64,000 nucleotides of DNA from an uncultured Chroococcidiopsis sp. (GTDB lineage: Bacteria; Cyanobacteriota; Cyanobacteriia; Cyanobacteriales; Chroococcidiopsidaceae): contig CAXTYC010000003.1 of assembly GCA_964248365.1 (NCBI GenBank), positions 1-64,000 on the forward strand, in the 5' to 3' direction. Under the pieces are notes generated by a model. The model had not been told where the DNA came from. It did no database searches and saw only the letters and a list, made by a program, of their open reading frames with translations. A program made the position numbers and the translations under genes. Shown here in pieces: positions 1 through 9,707 of the stretch (the first letter of the stretch is position 1; each line of letters opens with the position of its first letter).

Positions 1-123
1 TCACCCCCACTTTCCGCTTGTTTACAAGTATGTTTGATAAACCCGCCCCTACCAACTACTAGTTACCAAGCCAGCTAAAAGCTAATCGCACTCTCGCTTT
101 TATTGACTACCAACTCTTCTACT

Positions 124-1095
124 ATGCCAACCTATACAGGAATTTCCAGTGAAGCTTTCAGGCATCCTCTCGATCGCCAAGCTGAGCAGACTTTACGTAG
201 TTTACCTGGATTTGAACTAGTTGCCCGTCAATTTGTGAAATTCATTTACGAGCGCCCACAGATGGTTTATCACATGGGTAACAGTATTCAAGTCGGACCA
301 CGCCAATACTCTAGTATTTACCAAATTTTTCGGGAATGTGTCAGGGATTTGGATATTTCCCCAGAGCCTGCTTTGTTTGTTTCCCAAGCACCCCTAGTTA
401 ACGCCTATGCTATGGGGCAAGAGGTTCCCTATGTTGTGTTAAATACTGGGTTGTTGGACTTAATGAATGAAGTAGAAATTCGGACAGTGCTGGCACATGA
501 GTTAGGACATCTCAAATGCGGTCACACATTGCTAATTCAAATGGCAATTTGGGCTATTACTACTGCTAGTTATATCGGCGAAATGACGTTTGGTTTAGGC
601 AATGTGCTTGGCAGTGGTTTGATTTATGCTTTTTATGAATGGCAGCGCAAAGCTGAATTATCAGCCGATCGCGCAGCACTGTTGGTAATTGATGAGCTAA
701 ACCCAGTCATGCAGACGATGATGAAACTTGCTGGTGGCAGTACGCGCTATGGTAACGAATGCAGTTTGGATGAGTTTATTCGTCAATCAGAAAAATATCA
801 AGAACTTGACCAAGACAGCCTCAACCAGGTGTATAAGTTTTTTCTCTACAATAATATTTCTCAAGGAGTGTTTCTCACTCATCCGTTTACAGTAGAACGC
901 TTGACATATTTGCGCTCGTGGGCTGTTTCAGAAGAATATCGCTCGATTCGCCAGGGAAATTATCAGCGATCGCCTTCTGAGGGAGCAGTTGATGTTGATG
1001 CCCAATCACAGCAAAATCATCAGCAGGTCGAATCATTACGGCAACAAATTGAAGAATTGCAACAAGAGATTGACAGAATTAAAAAGAATAAGTGA
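124..1095 (+). CDS. M48 family (HtpX/Ste24-like) zinc metallopeptidase with C-terminal coiled coil
   Basis: HELGH zinc motif, AELSADR and THP motifs; ATG at 124 preferred over TTG at 103. Confidence 0.85.
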   Translation: MPTYTGISSEAFRHPLDRQAEQTLRSLPGFELVARQFVKFIYERPQMVYHMGNSIQVGPRQYSSIYQIFRECVRDLDISPEPALFVSQAPLVNAYAMGQEVPYVVLNTGLLDLMNEVEIRTVLAHELGHLKCGHTLLIQMAIWAITTASYIGEMTFGLGNVLGSGLIYAFYEWQRKAELSADRAALLVIDELNPVMQTMMKLAGGSTRYGNECSLDEFIRQSEKYQELDQDSLNQVYKFFLYNNISQGVFLTHPFTVERLTYLRSWAVSEEYRSIRQGNYQRSPSEGAVDVDAQSQQNHQQVESLRQQIEELQQEIDRIKKNK

Positions 1096-1320
1096 GGGGC
1101 TAAGGGCTTGGGACTTGGGGCTAGAAAATGGGAGAGTGGGAGAGTGGGAGAGTGGGAATCAGGGGAATCAGGGGAGAAAGCAACCATTACGCCCCAGCGC
1201 CCCAGCGCCCCTTTCACCAATTACCAACTACCCCACACCCTTAAGATTTACAGCAGCGATATAATCAAAATTCCATCATTCGATAAATCCCAAGCGCCTT
1301 GCCTGTAGGAATTAGTAATC

Positions 1321-2826
1321 ATGTCCGAAGATGAAATCCGTGCCACACGGTTAGAGAAAGTTGAACAGCTAAAATCTCTGGGGATTAACCCCTATGCCTA
1401 TCGTTGGGAAATAACCCACCATGCGGCTCAATTGCAGGAGAAATTTGCCGATTTGCTGGCTGGGGAAGAAGTTGATCTAGAAGTAGCGATCGCTGGACGT
1501 ATTGTAGCTCGTCGTGTCTTTGGTAAACTTGCTTTTTTCGCTTTGCAAGACGAAACTGGTACGATTCAGCTATATCTAGACAAGAACAGAGTTGAAAAAG
1601 CTATGGCATCTGAGCTGCCTGATGCTTTCAATCACCTCAAGCAGCTGACAGATGTAGGAGATATCATAGGCGTTAGAGGGACAATCAAGCGGACTGAAAA
1701 GGGTGAATTATCTGTCTACGTTAACGAATATGCTATTCTCACCAAATCGCTTCTACCCTTACCCGATAAGTGGCACGGTCTAACTGATATTGCTAAACGC
1801 TATCGACAGCGCTATGTTGATTTAATTGTTAACCCCCAAGCACGGCAAACCTTCCGCCGCCGCGCTCAAATTACTGCCTCAATTCGTCGCTACCTGGAAC
1901 AGCAAGACTTTATTGAAATTGAAACGCCTGTTCTGCAAGCCGAGGCTGGGGGAGCAGATGCCCGACCCTTCATTACATACCACAACACTCTAGAGATAGA
2001 TTTATACCTGCGGATTGCTACAGAACTGCATCTGAAACGCTTAATTGTAGGTGGATTTGAAAAAGTATTTGAACTGGGAAGAATTTTCCGCAATGAGGGA
2101 ATTTCTACCCGACATAATCCTGAATTTACTACGATTGAAGTCTATCAGGCTTATGCTGACTACTACGACATGATGGCGCTGACGGAGAATCTGATTACGT
2201 CGGTAGCGCAAGAAGTATTAGGCACACTGCAAGTTACTTACCAGGGTGAGGCGATTGACTTAACACCGCCTTGGCGACGAGTGACAATGCACGAGTTGGT
2301 GCAGGAAAAGACTGGGCTAGATTTTAACTCTTTTCAAACTCTGGAATCAGCAAAAACAGCAGTTGGTGGGGCTGGAATCGAAGGTGTAGAGGAATGTGAT
2401 TCAATTGGCAAAGTCCTCAACGAAGCCTTTGAGCAAGCTTGTGAAGCCACTTTGATTCAGCCTACTTTTGTGATGGATTTTCCAGTAGAAATCTCTCCTC
2501 TGGCTAAACCTCACCGCTCAAAACCTGGCTTAGTCGAGCGATTTGAACTGTTTATTGTCGGGCGCGAAACGGCGAATAGTTTTTCAGAACTTACCGATCC
2601 GATTGATCAACGCCAGCGCCTAGAAGCACAATCCGCTCGTAAAGCGGCTGGGGATTTGGAAGCGCAAGGAGTGGATGAAGACTTTTTGACGGCGCTAGAG
2701 TATGGAATGCCGCCTACAGGTGGATTAGGAATTGGAATCGATCGCCTAGTGATGCTGTTGACAGACTGTGCTAGTATTCGAGATGCGATCGCCTTCCCCC
2801 TACTCAAACCCGAAACTAGTGACTAG
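1321..2826 (+). CDS. lysS: Lysine--tRNA ligase (class II)
   Basis: [33 protein letters not shown] and [15 protein letters not shown] motifs. Confidence 0.98.
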   Translation: MSEDEIRATRLEKVEQLKSLGINPYAYRWEITHHAAQLQEKFADLLAGEEVDLEVAIAGRIVARRVFGKLAFFALQDETGTIQLYLDKNRVEKAMASELPDAFNHLKQLTDVGDIIGVRGTIKRTEKGELSVYVNEYAILTKSLLPLPDKWHGLTDIAKRYRQRYVDLIVNPQARQTFRRRAQITASIRRYLEQQDFIEIETPVLQAEAGGADARPFITYHNTLEIDLYLRIATELHLKRLIVGGFEKVFELGRIFRNEGISTRHNPEFTTIEVYQAYADYYDMMALTENLITSVAQEVLGTLQVTYQGEAIDLTPPWRRVTMHELVQEKTGLDFNSFQTLESAKTAVGGAGIEGVEECDSIGKVLNEAFEQACEATLIQPTFVMDFPVEISPLAKPHRSKPGLVERFELFIVGRETANSFSELTDPIDQRQRLEAQSARKAAGDLEAQGVDEDFLTALEYGMPPTGGLGIGIDRLVMLLTDCASIRDAIAFPLLKPETSD

Positions 2827-3012
2827 TGGAACCAGTGGAACCAGTGGCTAGAGAAAAGTTGGGGAAAGGGAAAAGGGGAAAGGGAAAGGGTAAAAGGCGA
2901 AAGGGTAAAGGTTGAAGGTTGAAGGCAAAAAGGTTGAAATTTCATACTTCATACTTCCCACTTCATACTTCATACTTTTCTAGTCACTAGTTCCACCGGT
3001 TCCACTGGTTCC
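2817..3012. repeat. Short tandem repeat block arranged as inverted arrays between convergent genes
   Basis: GTGGAACCA units on the left and TGGTTCCAC units on the right; AAGGTTG and TTCATAC heptamers inside. Confidence 0.8.
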
Positions 3013-3013
3013 A

Positions 3014-3616
3014 CTAATTTGACACTTCCGACATTTCAATAACTCGCCCTTCTATATCTTTAACCAAAAAATTCAGTGGTTTTTGGCTCAATATCTTGTG
3101 CTTCAAACCACGTAATTCGACTCGCATCAAGACTTGCTCTAAGCATTCTCGATCAAAAGAAACATGGCGTTGCTGATTTTTTTTGCCTATAGTAGCCCCA
3201 CTAATTATGTGTAGCTGAGTATTTTTCTTTAGCTGATACCAAAGCCCTTCAGGAGTATTAAATGATTTAGCGCCAGTGTAGCTGGGACTGGCGGACATAT
3301 ACAGCGGATCAATTCCTGCTGTTCCTAGAGTTTGCTCGTAGTTGTAGTAGTAGTGCAAAGGCACTTCAGCTGCTGACAAGCCTAGCAGCCCTTCATAAAA
3401 CTGTCGGGCAATTTCTAGATCCGACACCATAACGGTATGCACTTTTGGGGCGCTGGTGAGGAACATCCACATCGCACCAGCATAGGCTGCTAGTAGCATC
3501 ACCATAATGCCCTGAGTGGAAAATAAGCTATCGAGTGGCAAGGAAGGTAAAAAAGCACCTAAGAAGAAAGGTGGAAGCAAAACCGATGTCACACTAACTG
3601 CTAAAACCATGAACAA
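3014..3616 (-). CDS. Cyanobacterial glyoxalase/VOC-like protein with N-terminal membrane segments
   Basis: VHTVMVSDLEIARQFYEGLLGL, QLHII, HVSF and KDIEGRVIEM VOC-fold motifs. Confidence 0.75.
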   Translation of the reverse strand: MFMVLAVSVTSVLLPPFFLGAFLPSLPLDSLFSTQGIMVMLLAAYAGAMWMFLTSAPKVHTVMVSDLEIARQFYEGLLGLSAAEVPLHYYYNYEQTLGTAGIDPLYMSASPSYTGAKSFNTPEGLWYQLKKNTQLHIISGATIGKKNQQRHVSFDRECLEQVLMRVELRGLKHKILSQKPLNFLVKDIEGRVIEMSEVSN

Positions 3617-3886
3617 ATGTAGGGGGAATAAACTAGTCGCGCTTCTAGTTGAGTATTAAATACTCACCCATTGATACTAGTCTACCCTTGTTGAATTTGT
3701 TTCATCCAAGCTTCATATCTTTAACGAGTTCCACGTCACAAGACCCACGACCCACGTTGTGAAGTTGTGAAGTTGTGAAGTTGTGAAGACAGAAGACAAA
3801 AAAGTTAATTCTTCATCTCCCCCTCTCCCACTCTTCCCTGATTCCCCCTCCTCTTTCCCTAGTCTCCAGCCCCAAGCCCCCAGCCC

Positions 3887-4537
3887 CTAGTTAAGAAAGA
3901 CAGCACCCGTTTTTTGAATGTTCATTGTAGTTCTGTCTTGAGCAAGGTCGGTTGTTTGTGTCAATATAACTTCCAACATTCCTGGCTGGGAGGATGGTTG
4001 TGTAGTTACGCTTAATAGTCCGCCATCATCGCGTCTAAATGTGGCTGTCACTGGTGCTGGCAAATTTGCCAGCAACACATCAGACTTTCCTTTTAGCGAT
4101 CGCGCATTTGTATTACCAATTACTTGGTATGTTATATTTGCACCCGTTTGATTCACCAGTCTCACACTCACTTTCCCTTGTATGGGTGTAATCGTGGCGC
4201 TAGGGGGCTGTTGTTGTTCTGGTAGTGGCGGTTGAATTACAGGGCTGCTAGGGGAAGTTGGCTGACTAGGTACAATCCCAGGTGCGCTTTGTAACGTGGT
4301 GCGAGAACGGTTATAAGGCGCTTCTTTGAAAATACCAGGATTGCGGTTGCGGGACGAATTAGAAGCGCCCGAAGGGTTGTTTGGTGCTTCTTGTGATGTG
4401 GGATTGGGGTTCGCTTGAGATAGTTGCTTTTGATCCATGCCAGGTGTGGCAAATGCTGGTAAACTTATTAACAAACTTCCACAAATTGCCCCAAGTAAAC
4501 CAATAGGTTTTTGAATTTTTTGATAATTTCTATCCAT
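3887..4537 (-). CDS. Hypothetical exported protein with Pro/Gln-rich linker
   Basis: Signal-peptide-like N-terminus ending PAFA; GAGG-type SD upstream; 216-aa ORF. Confidence 0.65.
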   Translation of the reverse strand: MDRNYQKIQKPIGLLGAICGSLLISLPAFATPGMDQKQLSQANPNPTSQEAPNNPSGASNSSRNRNPGIFKEAPYNRSRTTLQSAPGIVPSQPTSPSSPVIQPPLPEQQQPPSATITPIQGKVSVRLVNQTGANITYQVIGNTNARSLKGKSDVLLANLPAPVTATFRRDDGGLLSVTTQPSSQPGMLEVILTQTTDLAQDRTTMNIQKTGAVFLN

Positions 4538-4957
4538 TTTTATTTTTACCTCTTAAATATATTTATTTTGTTTCGATTTGATATTTGTAGCCTATAAGAA
4601 TATTTATCTAAGTTAATTAAATGTTTTCAGGTAGCTTCACCTACTTCAACTTAGACAGCCTATTTTTCTCCCCCTACAGGTAGAGTTCTTTTTGCTATTT
4701 TCCTGCGTATTACCTAACTACAAAGTTATCAATTTATACCAAAGCTTCACCTCTAACTTTAGAGGTGAAAAAAAACTATTTCAATAATTTTTTTCTGTCT
4801 TAAGTATTAGTATTATTAATAACTAAGAATAGTTTATTTATGGGTTATAAATTTTTTTATTAATAACTTCTATAACAAGCATCTCTTGTAGTTTTCAGCA
4901 ACCCATTTCTGTCTTCTATTTACCAGGCTTCTTGCTCCCCTTCAGCCTAGTCTACTA

Positions 4958-4980
4958 GTTACCAGGCTGAGCCTGGTAAC
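4958..4980. repeat. REP-like palindrome GTTACCAGGC-TGA-GCCTGGTAAC
   Basis: Perfect 10-bp arms; degenerate relatives near 27615 and 52860. Confidence 0.65.
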
Positions 4981-5028
4981 TAAAGATAGGGCGCTTTGCG
5001 TCCTGTCGCCTTGACAGTCAAAATTTAA

Positions 5029-5916
5029 TCAAGCTTCTTGCCACAATTGTTTGACTCTTCCAGGCAAACATGAGGCAATTTCCTGAATTCGTTCCTCAGA
5101 TAATTCGTCTTTGGTGGCAGAAAACACAGCCTTAACCACTTGTTCTCGGTCTACATCATGCCCAGTTACTGCCATTGGAGCTTCATTTTTAACTCGGAAT
5201 AAAAAGCGCTCGTCATTAACGTTAGTGACATCGGAACTCTTTGCATCATGGAAGAAAGGCTGACGAATCTTGCTCAGGAAGTGAACAATGGGATTGGTAT
5301 CTTCCCAAAGCTCTGCAATTTCCTTGTTAAGAGCTTTATCTTCGGTGGGTAGTGCTTCTTTATGCAGTTCATCTTCTACTCGTTCAGCGGCTTCAGTAGT
5401 CATTAAATCCCGCATGGCACGAAATATTACTATTGTCACATCCCTAGCATCGAAAAGATCCTCAAGACCGCTCTTGAGCAAAATTTTCTCTAGGAACGGC
5501 ATATCTTTGGTAGCAATTGGAACTGATGGACCTTCTTTGAGTTCTTCGGGTGGTTTCGCGTCCATCTTTTGCAACATTTTGCGACCTTTGTCCGTCAGTT
5601 GTGCCGCTTTGAATGTAATCAAATGAGGCAGAGGACCATCGGGCGCGCCGAAGGAATTGGCAATTCTAAAGTCAACTTCTTTTGGATTAGCTGCGTCGGG
5701 AACATCTTCCTGGTTAGCGTAGGCATTACCAGTAAATTCAGCATTGATATACTGCTTTTGATTTAGAAAATCTAGATGTCCCAAAAGTTCGGCTTTGGTT
5801 GGTTCTCGACCGATAAAGTCGTCGGCATCAAAGTGAACTTCATGGATTCCTTGCCCACTTTCATTTATTTTTTTCAGGATAATGTATGCAACATCTTCTC
5901 TTATTGGAATTGGCAT
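5029..5916 (-). CDS. DUF2267 domain protein with N-terminal extension
   Basis: C-terminal half (DARDVTIVIFRAMRDLM...VVKAVFSATKDELSEERIQEIASCLPGRVKQLW) resembles cyanobacterial DUF2267 proteins. Confidence 0.7.
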   Translation of the reverse strand: MPIPIREDVAYIILKKINESGQGIHEVHFDADDFIGREPTKAELLGHLDFLNQKQYINAEFTGNAYANQEDVPDAANPKEVDFRIANSFGAPDGPLPHLITFKAAQLTDKGRKMLQKMDAKPPEELKEGPSVPIATKDMPFLEKILLKSGLEDLFDARDVTIVIFRAMRDLMTTEAAERVEDELHKEALPTEDKALNKEIAELWEDTNPIVHFLSKIRQPFFHDAKSSDVTNVNDERFLFRVKNEAPMAVTGHDVDREQVVKAVFSATKDELSEERIQEIASCLPGRVKQLWQEA

Positions 5917-6241
5917 TTAACCCTCTCTACCTTTTCATTTAAATTTGTTACAGTAGTTGTTATGAGTATTACTTTTTCACTTCTTGGCTGACTCAAGTTA
6001 ATCGCGTGCAGTAGAGCCATTAAACTGAATAAGCAGCAATTTTGTACCCATAACTACAGTCATTGGCATTTAAATTATTGGAACTCAACCCCCTGTTGCA
6101 TCTATCACAGGAAGCATTTTAGACAGTTACCAGTTACCAGTTACCAGGCGCGCGGTTGCGAGAACGCTGTTACCAACTACCAACTACCAATTACCAACTA
6201 CCAATTACCAGTTATCAGTTACTAGTGGATGTTATAATTTT

Positions 6242-7690
6242 CTAATCTTCAAGGCTGGTAGGTAGGGTGACAGTAAAGGTTGTGCCTTGACCGAGAGTGC
6301 TTTCGGTCTGGATTTGACCGTCGTGATGAGCGACAATGGCAGCAGCGATCGCCAAGCCTAAGCCAGATCCTGTTGATGTTTCTAATTTTATAGCAGTATG
6401 GGATCGAGCTGGATCTACTCGATAAAAGCGGTCAAATAAGTGGGGTAGTGCTGATGCGGGAATACCAATACCAGTATCTTTGACTTTAACTTGTAGGCGA
6501 GAGGCGAGAGGCGAGAGGCGAGAGGCGAGAGGCGAGAGAGAAAGTTCTTTGCTGGTAGGGATTCTTTTTAACTCTACAGTGACTTGACCACCATTGGGGG
6601 TGTATTGTATTGCGTTGCCAATCAGATTTGTAAACAAGCGCACTAGTTGGTTCCAGTCACCTTGAAGCGTAAACCAGTCTTCTAATGTTTCTGGAGTGGT
6701 TTTTGCCTCTGATGGATCAATTATATCCAGCGACAGTTTAATATTCTTTTCAGCTGCTACCAGTTGTTGTTCTTCAACCACTTCCATCAATAGGGCATCT
6801 AGGGGACACTGGGAAAATCCAGCCTGGACGATGCCGCTATCTTGCCGTGCTAGAAATAATAGATCATCAACTAGGCGACCTAGGCGCTTAGTTAAGCGTT
6901 CGACAACTTTTAACTGTTGCCTATATTTTGATGTATAATGTTGCCCTTCTACCGATTCAAGCTCAGCCAATGCAACTTGTACATTCGTTTGAATGAGAGT
7001 AATGGGGCTTCTGAGTTCGTGGGAAGCATCAGCAGTGAACTGTTTGAGGCGAGAGTAAGAATCGCGCACTGGTTCCATTGCTTTTCCCGACAAAAACCAT
7101 CCACTCATAGCGACGGAAAGCAGCATTAACCCTATCCCCAGGCTTAAATCAAAAACGAACTGTTGGCTGGGTTTTGTAACTTCAAACCAAGGATGACTGA
7201 CACGCAGATATCCTACTACTTGTCGCCCAGCTTGAACTCTTGCTGTTACCTGTCGCAGTTGGGTAGCCTGGGGTTTTAATCCTAGAAAGGAATCGTTATG
7301 CGGTTCTAAATCCTCTTTCCTGATTACTCGGACAGTTTCGCCAGTACGGTTAGGATGAATGGGAATATCTAGTGGTGCTGATAAAGTTGACCACAGTAAT
7401 TCACCAGTGGGGCTAAACCACTCTAGATCAATGTGGTCGTCTTCTACTGTGTCAGCATTATCTTGGAATGTGGCTTGTAAATTCAGGCGCAGTTGACCAG
7501 CATCTGGGTAAGCTGAATCAATCACTAGCGATCGCTCTACCACTTCCACCACATGATTGAGGGTATCATCAATTCGTTCAATTAAGGTACTACGTACATA
7601 CAAATATACTCCGCTGGCAAATAGTAGCAACAAGACGGCTGTTACCGCTGTGTACCAAATAGCTAAACGGCGACGAGTGGCTTGGAACAT
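6242..7690 (-). CDS. Membrane sensor histidine kinase
   Basis: Two TM segments; FTADASHELRSP H-box; NLIGNAIQY N-box; DTGIGI and GSGLGLAI G-boxes. Confidence 0.93.
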   Translation of the reverse strand: MFQATRRRLAIWYTAVTAVLLLLFASGVYLYVRSTLIERIDDTLNHVVEVVERSLVIDSAYPDAGQLRLNLQATFQDNADTVEDDHIDLEWFSPTGELLWSTLSAPLDIPIHPNRTGETVRVIRKEDLEPHNDSFLGLKPQATQLRQVTARVQAGRQVVGYLRVSHPWFEVTKPSQQFVFDLSLGIGLMLLSVAMSGWFLSGKAMEPVRDSYSRLKQFTADASHELRSPITLIQTNVQVALAELESVEGQHYTSKYRQQLKVVERLTKRLGRLVDDLLFLARQDSGIVQAGFSQCPLDALLMEVVEEQQLVAAEKNIKLSLDIIDPSEAKTTPETLEDWFTLQGDWNQLVRLFTNLIGNAIQYTPNGGQVTVELKRIPTSKELSLSPLASRLSPLASRLQVKVKDTGIGIPASALPHLFDRFYRVDPARSHTAIKLETSTGSGLGLAIAAAIVAHHDGQIQTESTLGQGTTFTVTLPTSLED

Positions 7691-8291
7691 AGCAAGTGAG
7701 GAATAGGCGTTACTTTGACAGACAGCGTATCTTGCACCTGTTGCAACAACCGCCCGAAAAGGGTTTTCTATGCAAAAAGTATAATTATCAATTATAACTA
7801 TGGATTAATAATTATTTAGCTGGATTTATGAACTAGTAAAAATATCTGAAATTTGCCACCAAATTGGAGACAATATTATTTATATAAGCGCCATTTGCCA
7901 AGTGCAAATATCTAGATTGTTCAAACCTGAACTGCAAGTGATTCTAATCACCTCTGGAATGTTGGGTTTATCTAGGCTGGACAGATTAATTCTCAAATTC
8001 CAGAAAAGAGTCAGCAACTTGAGCAAATGTCAGAAATAAATCTTATCAAAGTTAAGTATCACTATGGTAATTCTGAACAAGAGGCTAAGATTAAAGTTTT
8101 ACTCAAAAATCCAATTAATATCAATCTGCCTGGAAATGTTAAATATCCTCTCTTTTTGACAAATTGGTAAAAATGTTTCAGCAGTCAAATAGATGGAAAT
8201 AAAGTTTTTTAGTAAGGCTTGCTCTATCCCATTGTCACTGTCAACAACTTACACTACAAAAGTGTAGTTTGCACAGAAAGCTAAACTTGCC

Positions 8292-9455
8292 ATGACATCG
8301 TTTGAATATGGCACTATCTCTGATCCTGAAGACATCCAAAAGCTTAGAGATATCCTTGGGCAATGCTTTAATAGTTCATTGGAAGACTCAGAAGCTTACT
8401 CCCAGCGCATTGGCTTAGAAAACTTCCGCGTCATCCGCCAGGGAAGGCAGATTTTAGGCGGCTTGGCGATTTTACAGCTAGGACAGTGGTTTGCTGGTGA
8501 GTGCGTTTCAATGGCTGGAATTGCGGCTGTTGGCGTGGCTCCAGAGCATCGGGGTTCAGGTGCTGCGCTGGAACTGCTGCGCCAAAGTCACAGAGAAATT
8601 TATGAGTGGGGCTTGCCAATTTCAACACTTTATGCTGCTACACAACGCCTTTATCGCAAAGTGGGGTATGAACAAGGGGGAAGCCGTTGCTTTTGGGAGA
8701 TGGCTACTAATAGTATTGGAGCAAGCGATCGCTCACTCCCCATGCAGCCTATAATTCCTTTACGTCATGAAGTCTTCCATGAACTTTACCACCAACAAGC
8801 AAAAGTAACCAATGGGTATTTAGCACGAAATCAAGCTATTTGGGAGGAAGTGATTAAACCGCCTGTCTATGCTTATCTAATTGGCAAAGAAACTCAACCA
8901 GAGGGTTACATTATCTTCAGCCAAAGGCAAGAAAATAACACTAACCTAATTGAAATCGAGGATTGGGTATTACTCACAACTGCTGCTGTACGACGTTTTT
9001 GGACATTTATTTGCGATCATCGCTCCCAAATAGAAAAGGTACGATGGCGACATTCAACCGTTGATTTTTTGACATTATTGCTACCAGAACAAACAGCTAA
9101 AATTTACACCTCAAGACGCTGGATGTTGAGAGTTGTTGATGTGAGTCTCGCTTTAGAAAAACGAGGCTATCCCCTAGAATTGAAAGCCGAATTGCACTTG
9201 GAAATTCGAGACAATTTGATAGCTGAAAATAATGGTAAGTTTGTCTTAACTGTAGCGAATGGACGCGGTGAAGTCACTAAAGGTGGAAAAGGCGAATTAC
9301 AGCTAGAGATAAATTCATTATCACCACTATATACAGGATTTTTAACACCCTACCAATTGCAACTAACAGGTTATTTACAAGCCACAGAAAAAACCCTATC
9401 AGTAGCTACACAAATATTTGCAGCATCCTCACCTTGGATGGCAGATTTCTTTTGA
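8292..9455 (+). CDS. Eis-like GNAT acetyltransferase with C-terminal SCP2-like domain
   Basis: GIAAVGVAPEHRGSGAA acetyl-CoA motif, LYRKVGYE, WMLRVVDV, C-terminal PWMADFF. Confidence 0.85.
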   Translation: MTSFEYGTISDPEDIQKLRDILGQCFNSSLEDSEAYSQRIGLENFRVIRQGRQILGGLAILQLGQWFAGECVSMAGIAAVGVAPEHRGSGAALELLRQSHREIYEWGLPISTLYAATQRLYRKVGYEQGGSRCFWEMATNSIGASDRSLPMQPIIPLRHEVFHELYHQQAKVTNGYLARNQAIWEEVIKPPVYAYLIGKETQPEGYIIFSQRQENNTNLIEIEDWVLLTTAAVRRFWTFICDHRSQIEKVRWRHSTVDFLTLLLPEQTAKIYTSRRWMLRVVDVSLALEKRGYPLELKAELHLEIRDNLIAENNGKFVLTVANGRGEVTKGGKGELQLEINSLSPLYTGFLTPYQLQLTGYLQATEKTLSVATQIFAASSPWMADFF

Positions 9456-9484
9456 TAAAAGCTATTAGCTGTTAGCTATTAGTA

Positions 9485-9505
9485 GTAGGGTGGGCATTGC
9501 CCACC
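9485..9505. repeat. REP-like palindrome GTAG-GGTGGGCA-T-TGCCCACC
   Basis: Perfect 8-bp arms with GTAG foot; inverted copy at 19839-19859 and partial copy at 19758-19770. Confidence 0.7.
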
Positions 9506-9588
9506 ATCAATAATCTTGCATCGAGGGATTGCCCCACGCCTCTAGCCTCCTACGCCTCGTTCCCTAGCCCCGCCTTGGAACCAAAAGA

Positions 9589-9671
9589 TAATCGATTTGG
9601 TCGATAATTTCCGCGCTCGATTCGCCAAAAAACTTGGTTGTGCTGCTGGCTGCTAAGGCAATAGTAACTAT
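9589..9671 (-). pseudogene. Duplicated internal fragment of the DUF202 gene
   Basis: Near-identical to 13024-13107 in the same orientation. Confidence 0.85.
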
Positions 9672-9707
9672 GACGGAGCTACTAATTTAGAGCAGACTCA
9701 CTTACCA

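Noticed and set aside
989..1308. Short ORFs between the peptidase and lysS
   Set aside because: They are translations of intergenic tandem repeats, with no protein-like features
6242..7690. Naming the kinase (for example manS)
   Set aside because: Architecture is compatible, but orthology cannot be established by eye and no cognate regulator is adjacent
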